This document shows positions 50,846 to 62,910 of a stretch of DNA of 64,000 nt, in pieces (position 1 is the stretch's first letter; each line of letters begins with the position of its first letter). The stretch lies in NCBI RefSeq assembly GCF_004010195.1, contig NC_057734.1:24568725-24632724 (forward strand). Reading direction: 5' to 3'. The stretch is from Chiloscyllium plagiosum (Eukaryota). The notes beneath the pieces were generated by a model. It worked only from the letters and a program-made list of their open reading frames with translations. It ran no database searches and was not told the origin of the DNA. Made by a program: the position numbers and the translations under genes.

Positions 50846-51569
50846 TGAGGAGAAAGTGAGGTCTGCAGATGCTGGAGATCAGAGCTGGAAATGTGTTGCT
50901 GGAAAAGCGCAGCAGGTCAGGCAGCATCCAGGGAACAGGAGAATCGACGTTTCGGGCATAAGCCCTTCTTCAGGAATGAGGAAAATTTGTCCAGCAGGCT
51001 AAGATAAAAGGTAGGGAGAAGGGACGTGGGGGAGGGACTCCCTCGTCAGATCCACACCCCCCACCAACCCAACCTCCACTCCCGGCACCTTCCCCTGCAA
51101 CCGCAGGAGGTGCAAGACTTCTCCCATTCCACCAAGGATATGCAGGTCTTTGGATTCCTCCATCGTCAGACCACAGCGAAACGACGGTTGGATGAAGAAC
51201 GCCTCATCTTCCGGCTAGGAACTCTCCAACCACAAGGGATGAACTCGGGTTTCACCAGTTTCCTCATTTCCCCTCCCCCCACCTTGTCTCAGTCAAATCC
51301 ATCGAATTCAGCACCGCCTTCCTAACCTGCAATCTTCTTCCCGACCTCTCCGCCCCCACCCCAGTCTGACCTATCACCCTCACTTTGACCTCTTTCCACC
51401 TATCACATTTCCGACGCCCCTCCCCCAAGTCCCTTCTCCCTACCTTTTATCTTAGCCTGCTGGACAAACTTTCCTCATTCCTGAAGAAGGGCTTATGCCC
51501 GAAACGTCGATTCTCCTGTTCCCTGGATGCTGCCTGACCTGCTGCGCTTTTCCAGCAACACATTTCCAG
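50846..51569. mobile_element. Penelope-derived element with about 150-bp inverted arms
   Basis: 50884-51036 is the near-perfect reverse complement of 51417-51571; internal endonuclease C-terminus (EERLIFRLGTLQPQGMN); 14-bp TSD ctacttccaatatt at 50832-50845 and 51570-51583. Confidence 0.92.
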
Positions 51570-52040
51570 CTACTTCCAATATTCTAAAGCAGTGTTCCAA
51601 ATTTGCACAAGTTTCCTCTCATCTTGAAGCATTTGACAAGACTCTACGCATGGTAGACTGGTTAGTAAGGTTAGATAACATAGGGGAGCTAGCCAATTGG
51701 ATACAAAACTGGCTTGAAGGTAGGAGACCTGAGACACAAATTTCAAAGAATTATATACCCGAATTCCTAGGTCTCTCTGTTCTACAACACTACCCAGGAC
51801 CCTACCATTAACATAAGTAGTACAAGTCCTGCCTTTGTTTATTTACTTAAATACAATACCTTGCATTTATCCAAATTAAACTCCATCTGCCACTCCTCAG
51901 CCCATTGACCCAACCGATCTTCGTAATCTTAGATAACTTTCTTCACTATCCACTATACTACAATTTTGATGACATCCGCAAATTTACTAATTCTCCTATA
52001 TTCTCGTATAAATCCTTTATATAAATCCTTTTATATAAAT

Positions 52041-53137
52041 CCTTTCTCTGGTGACCAACTAACCACGGACATCTACTACAGCTACCTAGACTACACCTCC
52101 TCCCACCCTATCTCCTGTAAAAACACCATCCGTTATTCCAGATTCCTCCCTCTCTGCTGCATCTGTTGCCAGGATGACCTAATTTCACCTTAGAAAATCC
52201 CAGATGGCCTCCTTTTTCCATGATCGCAATTTCCCTTCCCACATGGTCGACGATGGCCTCCAGCGCATCTCCTCTACTTCCTGCACCTCCACCCTTAAAC
52301 CCCAACCCTACCAATGCAACAAGGTCAGAACCCCTTGGTCCTCACCTTCCACCCCACCCACACCTTCCGCTACTTCCGCCACCTACAAACGGACCCCACT
52401 ACAAGATATATTTTTCCCTTCCCATCCCTATCAGCATTCCAGAGACCATTTCTTCCAACTACCTCGTCAGGTCTACGCGCCCCCCTCACCAGCTCACACC
52501 CCACTCCAGGCATTTTTCCCTGTCACCGCAGGAAGTGGAAAACTTGCGACCACACCTCCGTCCAAGACCCCAAAGGATCTCTCCATATCTGACAAATTTA
52601 CCTGTACCTCCAGAACACCTCTGGGACACCCGCACCAACCAATCCCACCGCCCCGTGGCTGAACACTTCAACTCCCCCTCCCACGCCACCAAGGACATGC
52701 AAGCCCTGGGCCTCCTCCATTGCTAAACCTGACGCCTGGAGGAACAATGCCTCATATTCCCCCTTGGGACCCTGCAAACACATGGGGTTAGCATGGATTT
52801 CACCAGATTCCTCATTCCCCTCCCCCCTACATTATCCCAGTCCCAAGCCTCCAACTCAACACCGTCCTCCTGACCTGTCCATTGCCTTTCCCATCTATCT
52901 GCTCCACCCTCTTCGCTGACCTAGCACCTTCTCCCCAAATTTCATCGACCTATCACCTTCTCCCTGACCTTCATCTACCTATCTCATTCTCAGCTACCTC
53001 CCCATCCCCATCCCATTTATCTCTCAGCCCCCCAGCCCAGAAGCCTATTCCTGATGAAGGGCTTATGCCCGAAACGTCAATTCTCCTACTCCTCGGATGC
53101 TGACTGACCTGCTATGCTTTTCCAGTGCCACACACTA
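52041..53137 (+). mobile_element. 5'-truncated Penelope-like (Neptune-type) element inserted in a minus-strand CR1 (about 51760-53460)
   Basis: YLDYTSSHP..CKNTI, MASFFHDRNFP, VAEHFNSPSH; hammerhead motif at 53051; TSD cctttatataaat at 52014-52026 (locally reiterated) and 53138-53150. Confidence 0.9.
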
Positions 53138-56100
53138 CCTTTATATAAATGACAAACAAAAGTGGACCTAGTACTGATCCCTGCAGAACACCACTGGTCA
53201 CAGGCCTCCAGTCCGAAAAATAATCACCCTCTGTCTCCTATTGTAAAGCCAATTTTGAATCCAATTGGCACGCCCACCCTGAATCCTATGTGATCTAACT
53301 GTACTAATTAATCTACCGTGTGGAACCTTACCGAATTTTGGATTTTCCATGTCCACCTTGCCGAGACCATCCAGGATCTTATAAACTTGAATCAAATCAA
53401 CCCCTACTCGAGTGAAAACAACTCCAGCCTGTCCAATCTTTCCTGGCAACACAACATGCTCATTCCAGATATCAGTTGAGGAAATTTCTTCTCAACCATT
53501 GCTAAGCATTTACACCCTCCCTTAAATAAGGAGACCAAGTTTGAACTTAGTCTTCAAGATGTAGCCTAGCAGTGCTCTATATAAATAATGCAGAAGATCC
53601 TTTTATATTCAATTCCACTTGTATTAAAGGATAATTTTCGTTGGCCGCCTTAATTATTTGCTGTACTTCCCCAAAGTTACTTTGTGACTCATCCTGATCC
53701 CTCATTGCTTCTGAATTCTGCAGTTGTTCACCCTTTTAAATAATAGTCTGCTTTTTTCTTAACTTTAGCAAGAAGAGTATCTTTTTTTCTTGCATGATAG
53801 ATTAGCTGTTAGGTTGAGTGAATGGGCAAAAATCTATCTATATCAACCTCTTGGTTATTGTTATCTTCACAATGAACTTACTTTCCTCTCTTTGTCATCT
53901 GGAAATGTGCCATCATGTAGTCAATCCTCTCATCTAAGTTGTTGATATAAATTGTAAAATGTTGAGGGCCAAGCAGAGACCCCATTCATCCTACCTATTT
54001 AAAATAGACCCATTTATACAAACTGATTTTTCTTTTTGCCATTTAGATAATCTTCTAACCGTGCTAATTCTAATACCATGTGCTCCTACTTTGTGCAATA
54101 ACCTTGTCAGCTTCATTGAACTGTATATCCCATTGTGCTCTGCAGTTCATGTTTTAAAATCTGTCACTACCAGTTATTTAGAAAAGTCAATTCGCAGAAT
54201 TCACATGTATGACTTTACATAACTAGTTTATGCTTGTGATAGTTGGATTATTTTAACTTTGCACTTGAACAACTGCGATATGAAAGCCAAAAACACAAGA
54301 AATAGAAGACTAAATCCAAAATGAAGAAAGAAACAAGTAGGGGTTGATACTACAGTTTGAATTGTTGAACTCTGTTCTGCATCCAGTGATTGGGGAATAC
54401 TTAACTGAAGGAATAAGTACTTTTCCTCAAGCTAATGCTTAGCTTTATTGAAACGCTGCAAAAGGCTGAGGATAGAAAAGTTAACATGAGAGCAAACTGA
54501 AGGGGTAAAATGACATTAAATGGAAACTCCAGACTGAACAGTGGTGTTTCACAAAGCAAACACCCAATCTTTGTTTGGTCTTCCCAATGTAAGGAAGATC
54601 TCATTGAGAGTGGGGGAAAAAAAAGTATTTCTTCAAATGTAATATACCTTTTTCACCATGGCAGAATGTTAAGAGTTTTGGACAATATGGAGAGAGGAGC
54701 TAAAAAGCCAGGTGTTGCATCTTCAATGCTTGCTTGGAGAGTGTAATGAGAAGGGGAAAGTGTTAGAGTGATATAAAAGAGAATGGGATGGTCATTACAG
54801 GAAGCTGAAAGGGAAGATGTGTTTGGAGATAGCATCACTTGGAAGGTTATAGAAACGGTAGAGAATGCAACATTGAACATAGAGGCTGGTAGGGGGAAGA
54901 CATAGGTGAGAGTTGAGTGCAGGAAATGGAATGGATAGGATCAACCAATGTATTGGAATCACTCAGCAAAAAAGAACACATCAGCATCTACAGGTGTAAA
55001 AGATTGCTGAAGTGACTGAGCTGGATCAACTGGGAGAATAGATTGGAGTCCTTACAGGAAGTTGATAGTAAATGTACTACAAATGCTGGAAGTCTGAAAC
55101 CAATACAGAAAATCTTGGAAATACACAGCAGATCTCATCATCTGTGGATAGAGCAACAGAGTTAATATCTTGTTTTTGACAGTCACTGGTTTTATACTGA
55201 ATGTTGATTGCAGTTATTATGATCCCAGCTGATGGTAACACTGGGAAAGTTAGATCTTAGAAAGGAGCCTGACTTTGCAGTTGTTTACCATGGTATTTGG
55301 TCACTACAATATTGGGACATATGTTTTTCAATTGGTCTCCATTTAAGGAAGAAGTGACAGATCTTCTCGTTTAATCACAGACGCTGCTGACCTGCTGAGA
55401 ACTCAGCAGTTTTTTGTTTTTATTTCAGGAACCTCATATCCACGATATTTTGCTTTAGTTTACTTTGGAATAGTTGGATTTAAAGTGATAAATCCAGTTG
55501 TAATGGATAATGGGTGAAGATGGGTAGGAGTATGATGATGGTGGAAGTAATGCAGGGCTCAAATCTGATTGGAAAGATGAGGACAGAACTTAAGCTAAAA
55601 ATTTAAACTTTGGAAAGGAGAGAGAGGTTGGTGTTTTAAAAAAATTCTCAAGGTCAGGTTCGTAGGAGAGTAGTCTGACACAGAACAAACGACCAAGAGG
55701 CGAGTCTGCTAGAATATGAGCATTTTATTCCCCGCAGCGTCGCCACAACCAGGTCTCATACTTACAACGGGTCTGGCTTATGAATTGTAGCCTTGTTTCA
55801 CCCTATCATTGATCCCTGAACTGAACTGAATTATGCCATGCACCTTAGCATGGAAGAATCAAATGAGACTGCCAAGTTTGGGAGGATATCCAATTTTATT
55901 TTTTAACCAATAGTGGCCTGACCTACTCATGGTGTGAAATGATTTTGTGAACTTCAAATAAGGGAGAAGAGTTCTCATATTTTTATGACCATGCGATATT
56001 ATCTTTTGCATTGACATAAAGAGCAGGTGCATAGGCAGTTATGAAGACATTGAAATCTCCATCTGATGCTAGATGTGAAGCTTTCAGAAGTTGTGACCAC

Positions 56101-56546
56101 ATCTGTTATCTGTATTAATATGTTGTTGGTAGCAAAGTGGTCATCTTTAATTTTGCCATCTGCCATGCCCAGTACAAGGTACCTTGAGTATCTTTAAGTC
56201 AGTCAGTCTCGACTGTGGGAGAGCAGTAGTGTTAATGTTGAACTTGTGTAGTTCATAATCAATCAATGCTATTTGTGTATTGTCTGTTGACAGTAAGTCA
56301 TTGTCCATGCCAGAGTACTTAGTCCTGATGTTCAGCTACTAAGCCTGAGAATCATCTTTCACTACTTAGTACCATTTACTGCATGCTTCCAAATGTTGGT
56401 AGGTCAATACCTGGTTGACTTGGTGAGATGTGGTGGCATGTTATGACTGACCATAGAATGAAATAATCATCCCAATGTTGCAATCAATCTATTTGGTTCT
56501 TTCCTGACACCTCAGAACCTGTAAACTGCAACCCCTTGTGTTGGTC

Positions 56547-57099
56547 TGTGTTTTTAAAAATTCTCAAGGTCAAGGACCAGGCTCGCAGGAAAGTAGTCTG
56601 ACACAGAACAAACAGCCAAGAGGCGAGTCTGCTAGAATATAAGTGTTTTATTCCCCGCAGCGTCGCCACAACCAGGTCTCGTACTTACACCGGGTCTGGT
56701 TTATACTCACTCTACGTGTTACCGGAACTGGGAGCCGTCAGTTCTCGTAGAGCGGTTGCCAACAACCCACGCTCGGCGGTTAAACGTAACCCCGGAGCAG
56801 ACTCTACCGAACTGGAGACTTTTCCAGCTGATATACTCTTTTCCAGATATAAACATTCATGTGAACAGCAGAGCAAGGCTAAAAAACACATTCCATTATG
56901 GTTACATCCAGATAAGAAGATTCACACGGGGAGGTGTGTAATAAGATTCACACGGGACTAAGCAACACCTCCATTCCGGTTAGATTCACACATGTATTGG
57001 GACATAATTTTTAACCGTTTCACCACATTCCACTGCTTGGCCCAATACATGTGTTACATTATGATTCACACATGTATTGGGACATAATTTTACACCACA
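56547..57099 (-). mobile_element. LTR-like sequence (about 550 bp), with a second partial copy at 55632-55781
   Basis: TG...CA ends; minus-strand TATA-like motif near 56835 and AATAAA at 56652-56647; internal enhancer-like repeats gattcacacatgtattgggacataatttt x2; CpG-rich relative to flanks. Confidence 0.7.
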
Positions 57100-58221
57100 G
57101 TTGGTTGTGGGATGTTGGAAGGGTGACAGTTTTGTGCAACAGAGGTTAATTTAAACATTGAGCAATTTGAATGGCTAGCAACTTTATAGGAATGTAGAAG
57201 CAAGAGGTGAATCTTAAGGACAAATGAAGTTCAGGAAGGAGAATCTAGGGAAAGACACTGCCAATAATAGGGATTTAGAGGAATGAGTTTGGCAACGGGA
57301 AGGACTGGACAGCTACAGAAATGAGTTCAGTCAAGTGATGAAAGAATGTTGTGCTGCATGCACTTATTAGAGACTCTCATCACACGAACTGGTTCTGTCT
57401 GAATGCACATGAATTGGTTTTGCTTGAATGCACCTTCTTCATGATAACACTCTATCAATGGCCACCAGAAAAGCAGATCTGGCTAATATTGCACCTGGGA
57501 AAGGATGCACAGGCTTCAGAAGCAAAAGGAATAGAAAAAAAAGTTGTGGTTTATACAACTATACTGTGGGTCTGAATATCCAAGCATCAGCATCCACTAC
57601 ATTGAGATTTGATGTATCTGAATAACTAAATAAAACAGAATTATAAATGTCAAACAAATTTCCATAAATCTCAAATCCGTAATTGTGTTTTAAATGCTTA
57701 AAGCATTGACACTTACTGTCACCAAAATAGCATGTGTGTACTAGATATAGCATAGGTTTGCTTGTTTGAAGCTAACAGTTGCTGTGGATCAATGCAACAA
57801 ATTGCTTTTTTGTACTGGGCAGTATTTTTTTGAACGCTAATAAAATTGACATGGAGGCCACATTGTGCAGCAGGCTGTTACTTTGAGATGCTGGTCATGA
57901 ACGATGATGTATAAATGCAGTTTTTGCTTGTATGAGTGGTTGCCCATAAGTCTGCGGTGAGCTTCCAGTTTCACTAAACTGCTTCAGGGAGAACAGTGTC
58001 AGAGATTGGCACCTCTTTAAAAGGAACAAAGGGAAATTAGAGGGTGATCTATAGGCCAGTAGAATGCCTTTTACATCCTGATTTAAGAACACTGGTAGCA
58101 ACTTGTTGACTTTTATCAGGGCTAGCTCATGGTGTGAGTGAATGAAAGTACTTTTAAAACCAGTAGGATGATAGAATCTGATTTGAAAATACTAACATCC
58201 TGGAAGAAATTTCAGTACTTA

Positions 58222-60180
58222 AACATGGACCCCACCGGAGGGCCGCTGCCCTGGGCTTGACATGTATGCTCAAACTGTCAGGAAATATATAAATGCCAGA
58301 TTCATCAGCCGTACCCACAAGGTAGAGCAAAACATCACCCGTTCACAACGCAATGCCATCCAGGCTCTCAAAACCAATCACAACATTGTCATCAAACCAG
58401 CAGATAAAGGAGGAGCCATTGTCATTCAGAATAGAACAAATTACTGCAAGGAAGTGTACTGACAACTGAGCAACCAGGAACACTACAGGCAACTACCAGC
58501 TGATCCAACCAAAGAACACACTCAAGAATTAAACACACTGATCAGAACTTTGGATCCAGTCCTTCAGAGTTCCCTACGTGCCCTCATCCCACGTACTTCT
58601 CGTGTAGGCCACTTCTACTGCCTTCCAAAGGTACACAAAGCCAACACATCAGGATGTCCCATCGTGTCGGGCAGTGGGACTCTATGTGAGAATCTCTCTG
58701 GCTATGTGGAAGGCATCTTGAAACCTATTGTACAGAGGATCTCCAGCTTCTGTTGTGACACTACGGATTTCTTACAGAAACTCAGCACCCATGGACCAGT
58801 CGAACTGGGAACATTCCTCGTCACAATGGACATTTCCGCACTCTACACCAGCATCCCCCACAAGGGTGGCATTGTGGCAACAGCCTCAGTACTCAACACC
58901 AACAACTGCCAGTCTCCAAACACCATCCTACAACTCATTCGCTTTATCCTCGATCATATAACGTCTTCACCTTTGACAACCAATTCTTCATCCAGACACA
59001 CGGAACAGCCATGGGGACCAAATTTGCACCCCACTATGCCGACATTTTTATGCACAGGTTCGAACAAGATTTCTTCTCTAAGCAGGATCTCCAATCAACA
59101 TTGTACACCAGGTACATTGACGACATTTTCTTCCTCTGGACCCATGGCGAGGAATCACTGATAAAACTACACAGTGACCTCAACAAGTTTCATCCCACCA
59201 TCAAACTTACCATGGACTACTCTCTACTGTCTCTCATTCTTGAACACATGCGTCTCCATCAAGGACGGACACCTCAGCACCACACTCTACCGCAAACCTA
59301 CAGACAACCTCTCAATGCTGCACTTCTCCAGCTTCCACCCAAAACATATTAAAACAGCCATTCCCTATGGACAAGCCCTATGCATACACCAGATCTGCTC
59401 AGATGAGGAGGAATATGACGGAAACCTGGAAGTACTCTAGGACGCCCTCACAAGAACTGGATACGATGCTCAACTCATCAACCGCCAGTTCCGATGTGCC
59501 ACAGCAAGGAACCGTAATGACCTCCTCAGGAGACAGGCACGTGCTGCAACTGACGGGGTACCCTTCGTTGTTCAGTACTTCCCAGGGGTTGAAAAATTAC
59601 GCCATGTTCTTCATGACCTGCAACACATTATCAATGAGGATGAGCTCCTCACCAAGACCTTCCCCACACCTCCACTACTTGCCTTTAAACAACCGCCAAA
59701 CCTCAAACAGATCATTGTTTGTAGCAAACTGCCCGGCTCTCAGGACAACTCCATACAACCCTGTCACGGTGGACACTGCAAGACATGTCAGATTGTGGAC
59801 ATAGATACCACTATTACGCGTGGGAACACCTCCCACCTTGTACATGGCAGGTATTCGTGTGACTCAGCCAACTTGTCTATCTTAGACGTTGCTGACAAGG
59901 ATTCCCGGAGGCATGGTACATTGGGGAAACTGAGCAAAGGCTACCACAACAGATGAATGGGCACCGCACAACAATCAACAGACAGGAGGGTTCCCTCCCA
60001 GTTGGGGAACACTTCAGTGGTCCAGGACATTCAGCCTCGGACCTTCGGTTGACCATCCTCCAAGGTGGACTTCGGGACAGGCAGCAGAGGAAAGTAGCCG
60101 AGCAGAGGCTGATAGCTAAGTTCGGTACCCATAGGGAGGGCCTCAACCGGGACCTTGGGTTCATGTCACATTATAGGTGA
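58222..60180 (+). mobile_element. Penelope-like element (Neptune-type) with near-complete RT plus GIY-YIG; disrupted by stops and frameshifts
   Basis: IKPADKGGAIV, FYCLPKVHK, MDISALYTSIP, AMGTKFAP, RYIDD, linker PCHGGHCKTC, WYIGET..RL..MNGHR, GLNRD. Confidence 0.93.
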
Positions 60181-60225
60181 TCATCATTGCACTAGACGCA
60201 GAGACGCACGCTCGGACACCCATCT

Positions 60226-60307
60226 ACACACACACACACACTCCCACACTCTCACATGCACCCCCTCACAGACTTAAGACACTCTGCACTCACTACACAC
60301 ACTTTCT

Positions 60308-60345
<38 letters not shown>
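60226..60345. repeat. (CA)n microsatellite region running into gap 60346-60397
   Basis: Direct observation. Confidence 0.95.
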
Positions 60346-60397
60346 NNNNNNNNNNNNNNNNNNNNNNNNNNNNNNNNNNNNNNNNNNNNNNNNNNNN

Positions 60398-60715
60398 ACA
60401 CTAGCTCACTATCCTCCATACTATCCTCCATATGCCTATCCAATGCCCATAAAGAGGGAGAGTCCACCACTGCTACTGGCAGGGCATTCCATGAACTCAC
60501 GACTCGCTGAGTAAAGAATCTACCCCTAACATCTGTCCTATACCTACCACCCCTTAATTTAAAGCTATGCCCCCTCGTAATAGCTGACTCCATGCGTGGA
60601 AAAAGGTTCTCATGGTCAACCCTATCTAAACCCCTAATCATCTTGTACACCTCTATCAAGTCACCCCTAAACCTTCTTTTCTCCAATGAAAACAGCCCCA
60701 AGTGCCTCAGCCTTC
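60398..60715 (-). mobile_element. Young CR1 3' portion
   Basis: Uninterrupted GLFSLEKRRFRGDLIEVYKMIRGLDRV...RFFTQRVVSSWNALP on the minus strand. Confidence 0.92.
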
Positions 60716-61899
60716 GTTCCTTTTAGGTGTATATCTAAATTTCTCTGAACATATTTAAAAAACTTAAGTTTTTTTTTTAGAAATGAAATATGCTTTGCTT
60801 TACACTGAAAATGAATAAATATACACTTCTTACTTTATTCTGTCTGCCAGCTTATTTGTCATTCATGTATCTTCTTGCAACCTCTTCTGTCCTCATAGCT
60901 TGCATTACCACCTAGTCTTGTATCATCAGCAAATTTAAATATTGTACTGGGTCCCTTTGTCTAAGTCATCAAAGTAGTTTGTAAATAGCTGAGGTCCCAG
61001 CACTTACTTTTATGGCATTTCACTAGTTTGCCAATTTAAAAATGTCCCCGGATCCCTATTCTCTGCTACATTCCAAAATGTCTTTTAGAAGTCCGGCTTT
61101 AAAGCATCTTCCTAAATACCTATTTCAACTCTTTTACACTTCAAACCTATTAATTGTTTGCTTGGGGTGTTCAGCTTCCTGGATAGCAGTATTTGAAATT
61201 TCTTTTGTTCTTGTCAGTGTAGATCATAATTGTCAACATGCCTGTTTTAGGTTGCATCTTAGTTGAACCCATCTCCTCACCGAGCTCCTGTGTTGATGGA
61301 TTTCCAGCAAATGTTTGGGCAGTGACCAGGAGCAGGAATCCTGAATCTCTTCACCATTCTTTCCTGCTTAGTAATCCCTCTATCACACAACAGTTTGCAC
61401 AATTCAGAAGTATACTGGGGTTCCTCCAAGAATGTGCATTTTTGCACCCTTCTCTTTTTCTCATCCACATGCGGCTTTGGTGATATGATATTATGATCAC
61501 ATCTGATGATACTACTTGGTAATTCAAATCCGAGAATGAAATGATCTATCAAGCCAGATTTATTTTACATGGTTAAAGGCTGGGGATAGTTAGGGTTCGT
61601 CATTGAGATTAATTCACAAGAGGTTGTAGTTTCTTTAGCAACATAATGGAAATTAATTAAGCATTTTTAAAAACACAAGCTACCTAAAATAGAAAAGATA
61701 ATTTGAATGATCTTAACAGCAAAATAAAGTTCAGCCTCTTTTCCAATAGTATTTCTTAGAGATTCAAGTTCAAAGAAATTACACTCCTGTCTCAATTGTT
61801 CATGGGGTGGATATAACTGACATCTGACAGTTTCTTTGGATTGTGGAGGCAATGAATCCATTCAAAGTCTGCAAATATGGAGTTTTTATGCATCTGAGA

Positions 61900-62385
61900 G
61901 TCTAAACCGGGAACGTTCCTCATCAACCCCCCGGCCATCCTAGGAAAAAGACTTTCGGGTATTCACCCTATCCATGCCACTCGTGATTTTATAAACCTCT
62001 ATAAGATCACTTCTCAGCCTCTGACGCTCCAAAGAAAAAAAACCCCAGCCCATTCAGCCTCTCCCTATAACTGAAACCCTCCAGTCTTGGCAACATCCTT
62101 TAAATCTTTTCTGCATACTGTCAAGTTTAACAGCATCCTTCCTATAAAAGGGCAATTGGAATTGTATGTGGTATTCTAAAAGTAGCCTCACCAGTCATAT
62201 ACAGCTGTAACATGATATGCCAACTCATCTACTTAATGTTCTGACCGATGAAGGCGAGCATGGCTAAGGTCACCTTCACCACCCTATCTACCTGCACCTG
62301 CATCCCTAGGTCTCTTGTTTGGCAACATTCCCTATGGCTCTAGCATTAACTGTATAAGTTCTGTCCTGGTTTGCCTATTAAATGT
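61900..62385 (-). mobile_element. CR1 fragment
   Basis: Reverse strand: tggagcgtcagaggctgagaagtgatcttatagaggtttataaaatc. Confidence 0.85.
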
Positions 62386-62429
62386 TAAATTTTTACCCAA
62401 CTTGTTATAAGTCTAACAGTATAAACACC

Positions 62430-62910
62430 TTTTCATAAATTGCAGCCAATTGCTTTCTGACAAAATGCTGCATTCAGAACTCTTGTACCTATCCAAACTC
62501 GCTCTTTTGTATTCACCCATCGCCCCTTTGCTCACTGACTTGCATTGGCTCCTGTACCAGCTGTGTTTTTTTTTTAAGATTTTCATTCTTGTTTTCAAAT
62601 TCTTTCATAGTCTCTTTTTTTCCCTTATTTCCATAACCTCATCAAGTCCTGCAATCCTCTGAGATCTCTGTTCTTCTCTAACCTCTTTCATTGCTTCACC
62701 ATTTGCAGTTGTGCAGTTAATTATCTAGGTCCTAAACTCTGGAATGCCCTCCCTAAATCATTGTACCCCTTTCTGTATTTGAAATTAGTACTTAAAATCT
62801 GCCTGTTTGACTAAACATTTAATCATTTATCCTAATTATTTTGTATGTGCCTTGCTGTCAGATTTTGTTTTGAAAATCTTTGTTTGGTAAAGATGCTCTA
62901 TGCATAAGTA
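62430..62910 (+). mobile_element. L2-type LINE 3' end
   Basis: SPIAPLLTDLHWL...FKIFILVFK, characteristic of the L2 ORF2 C-terminus. Confidence 0.75.

Noticed and set aside
56912-57091. Spaced direct repeats (gattcacac...) superficially like a CRISPR array
   Set aside because: Eukaryotic context, irregular spacing and no cas genes; better explained as LTR U3 enhancer repeats.
58460-59896. In-frame TGA codons in the Penelope ORF as possible selenocysteine (as in Naiad elements)
   Set aside because: They fall at probable Arg positions (CGA/AGA decay) rather than Cys positions, and the copy also has a TAG stop and frameshifts.
61238-61552. Overlapping 81-aa (+) and 91-aa (-) ORFs in non-repetitive intronic sequence; likewise 57351-57625
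   Set aside because: No recognisable domain and no convincing splice-site pair; lengths are compatible with chance.
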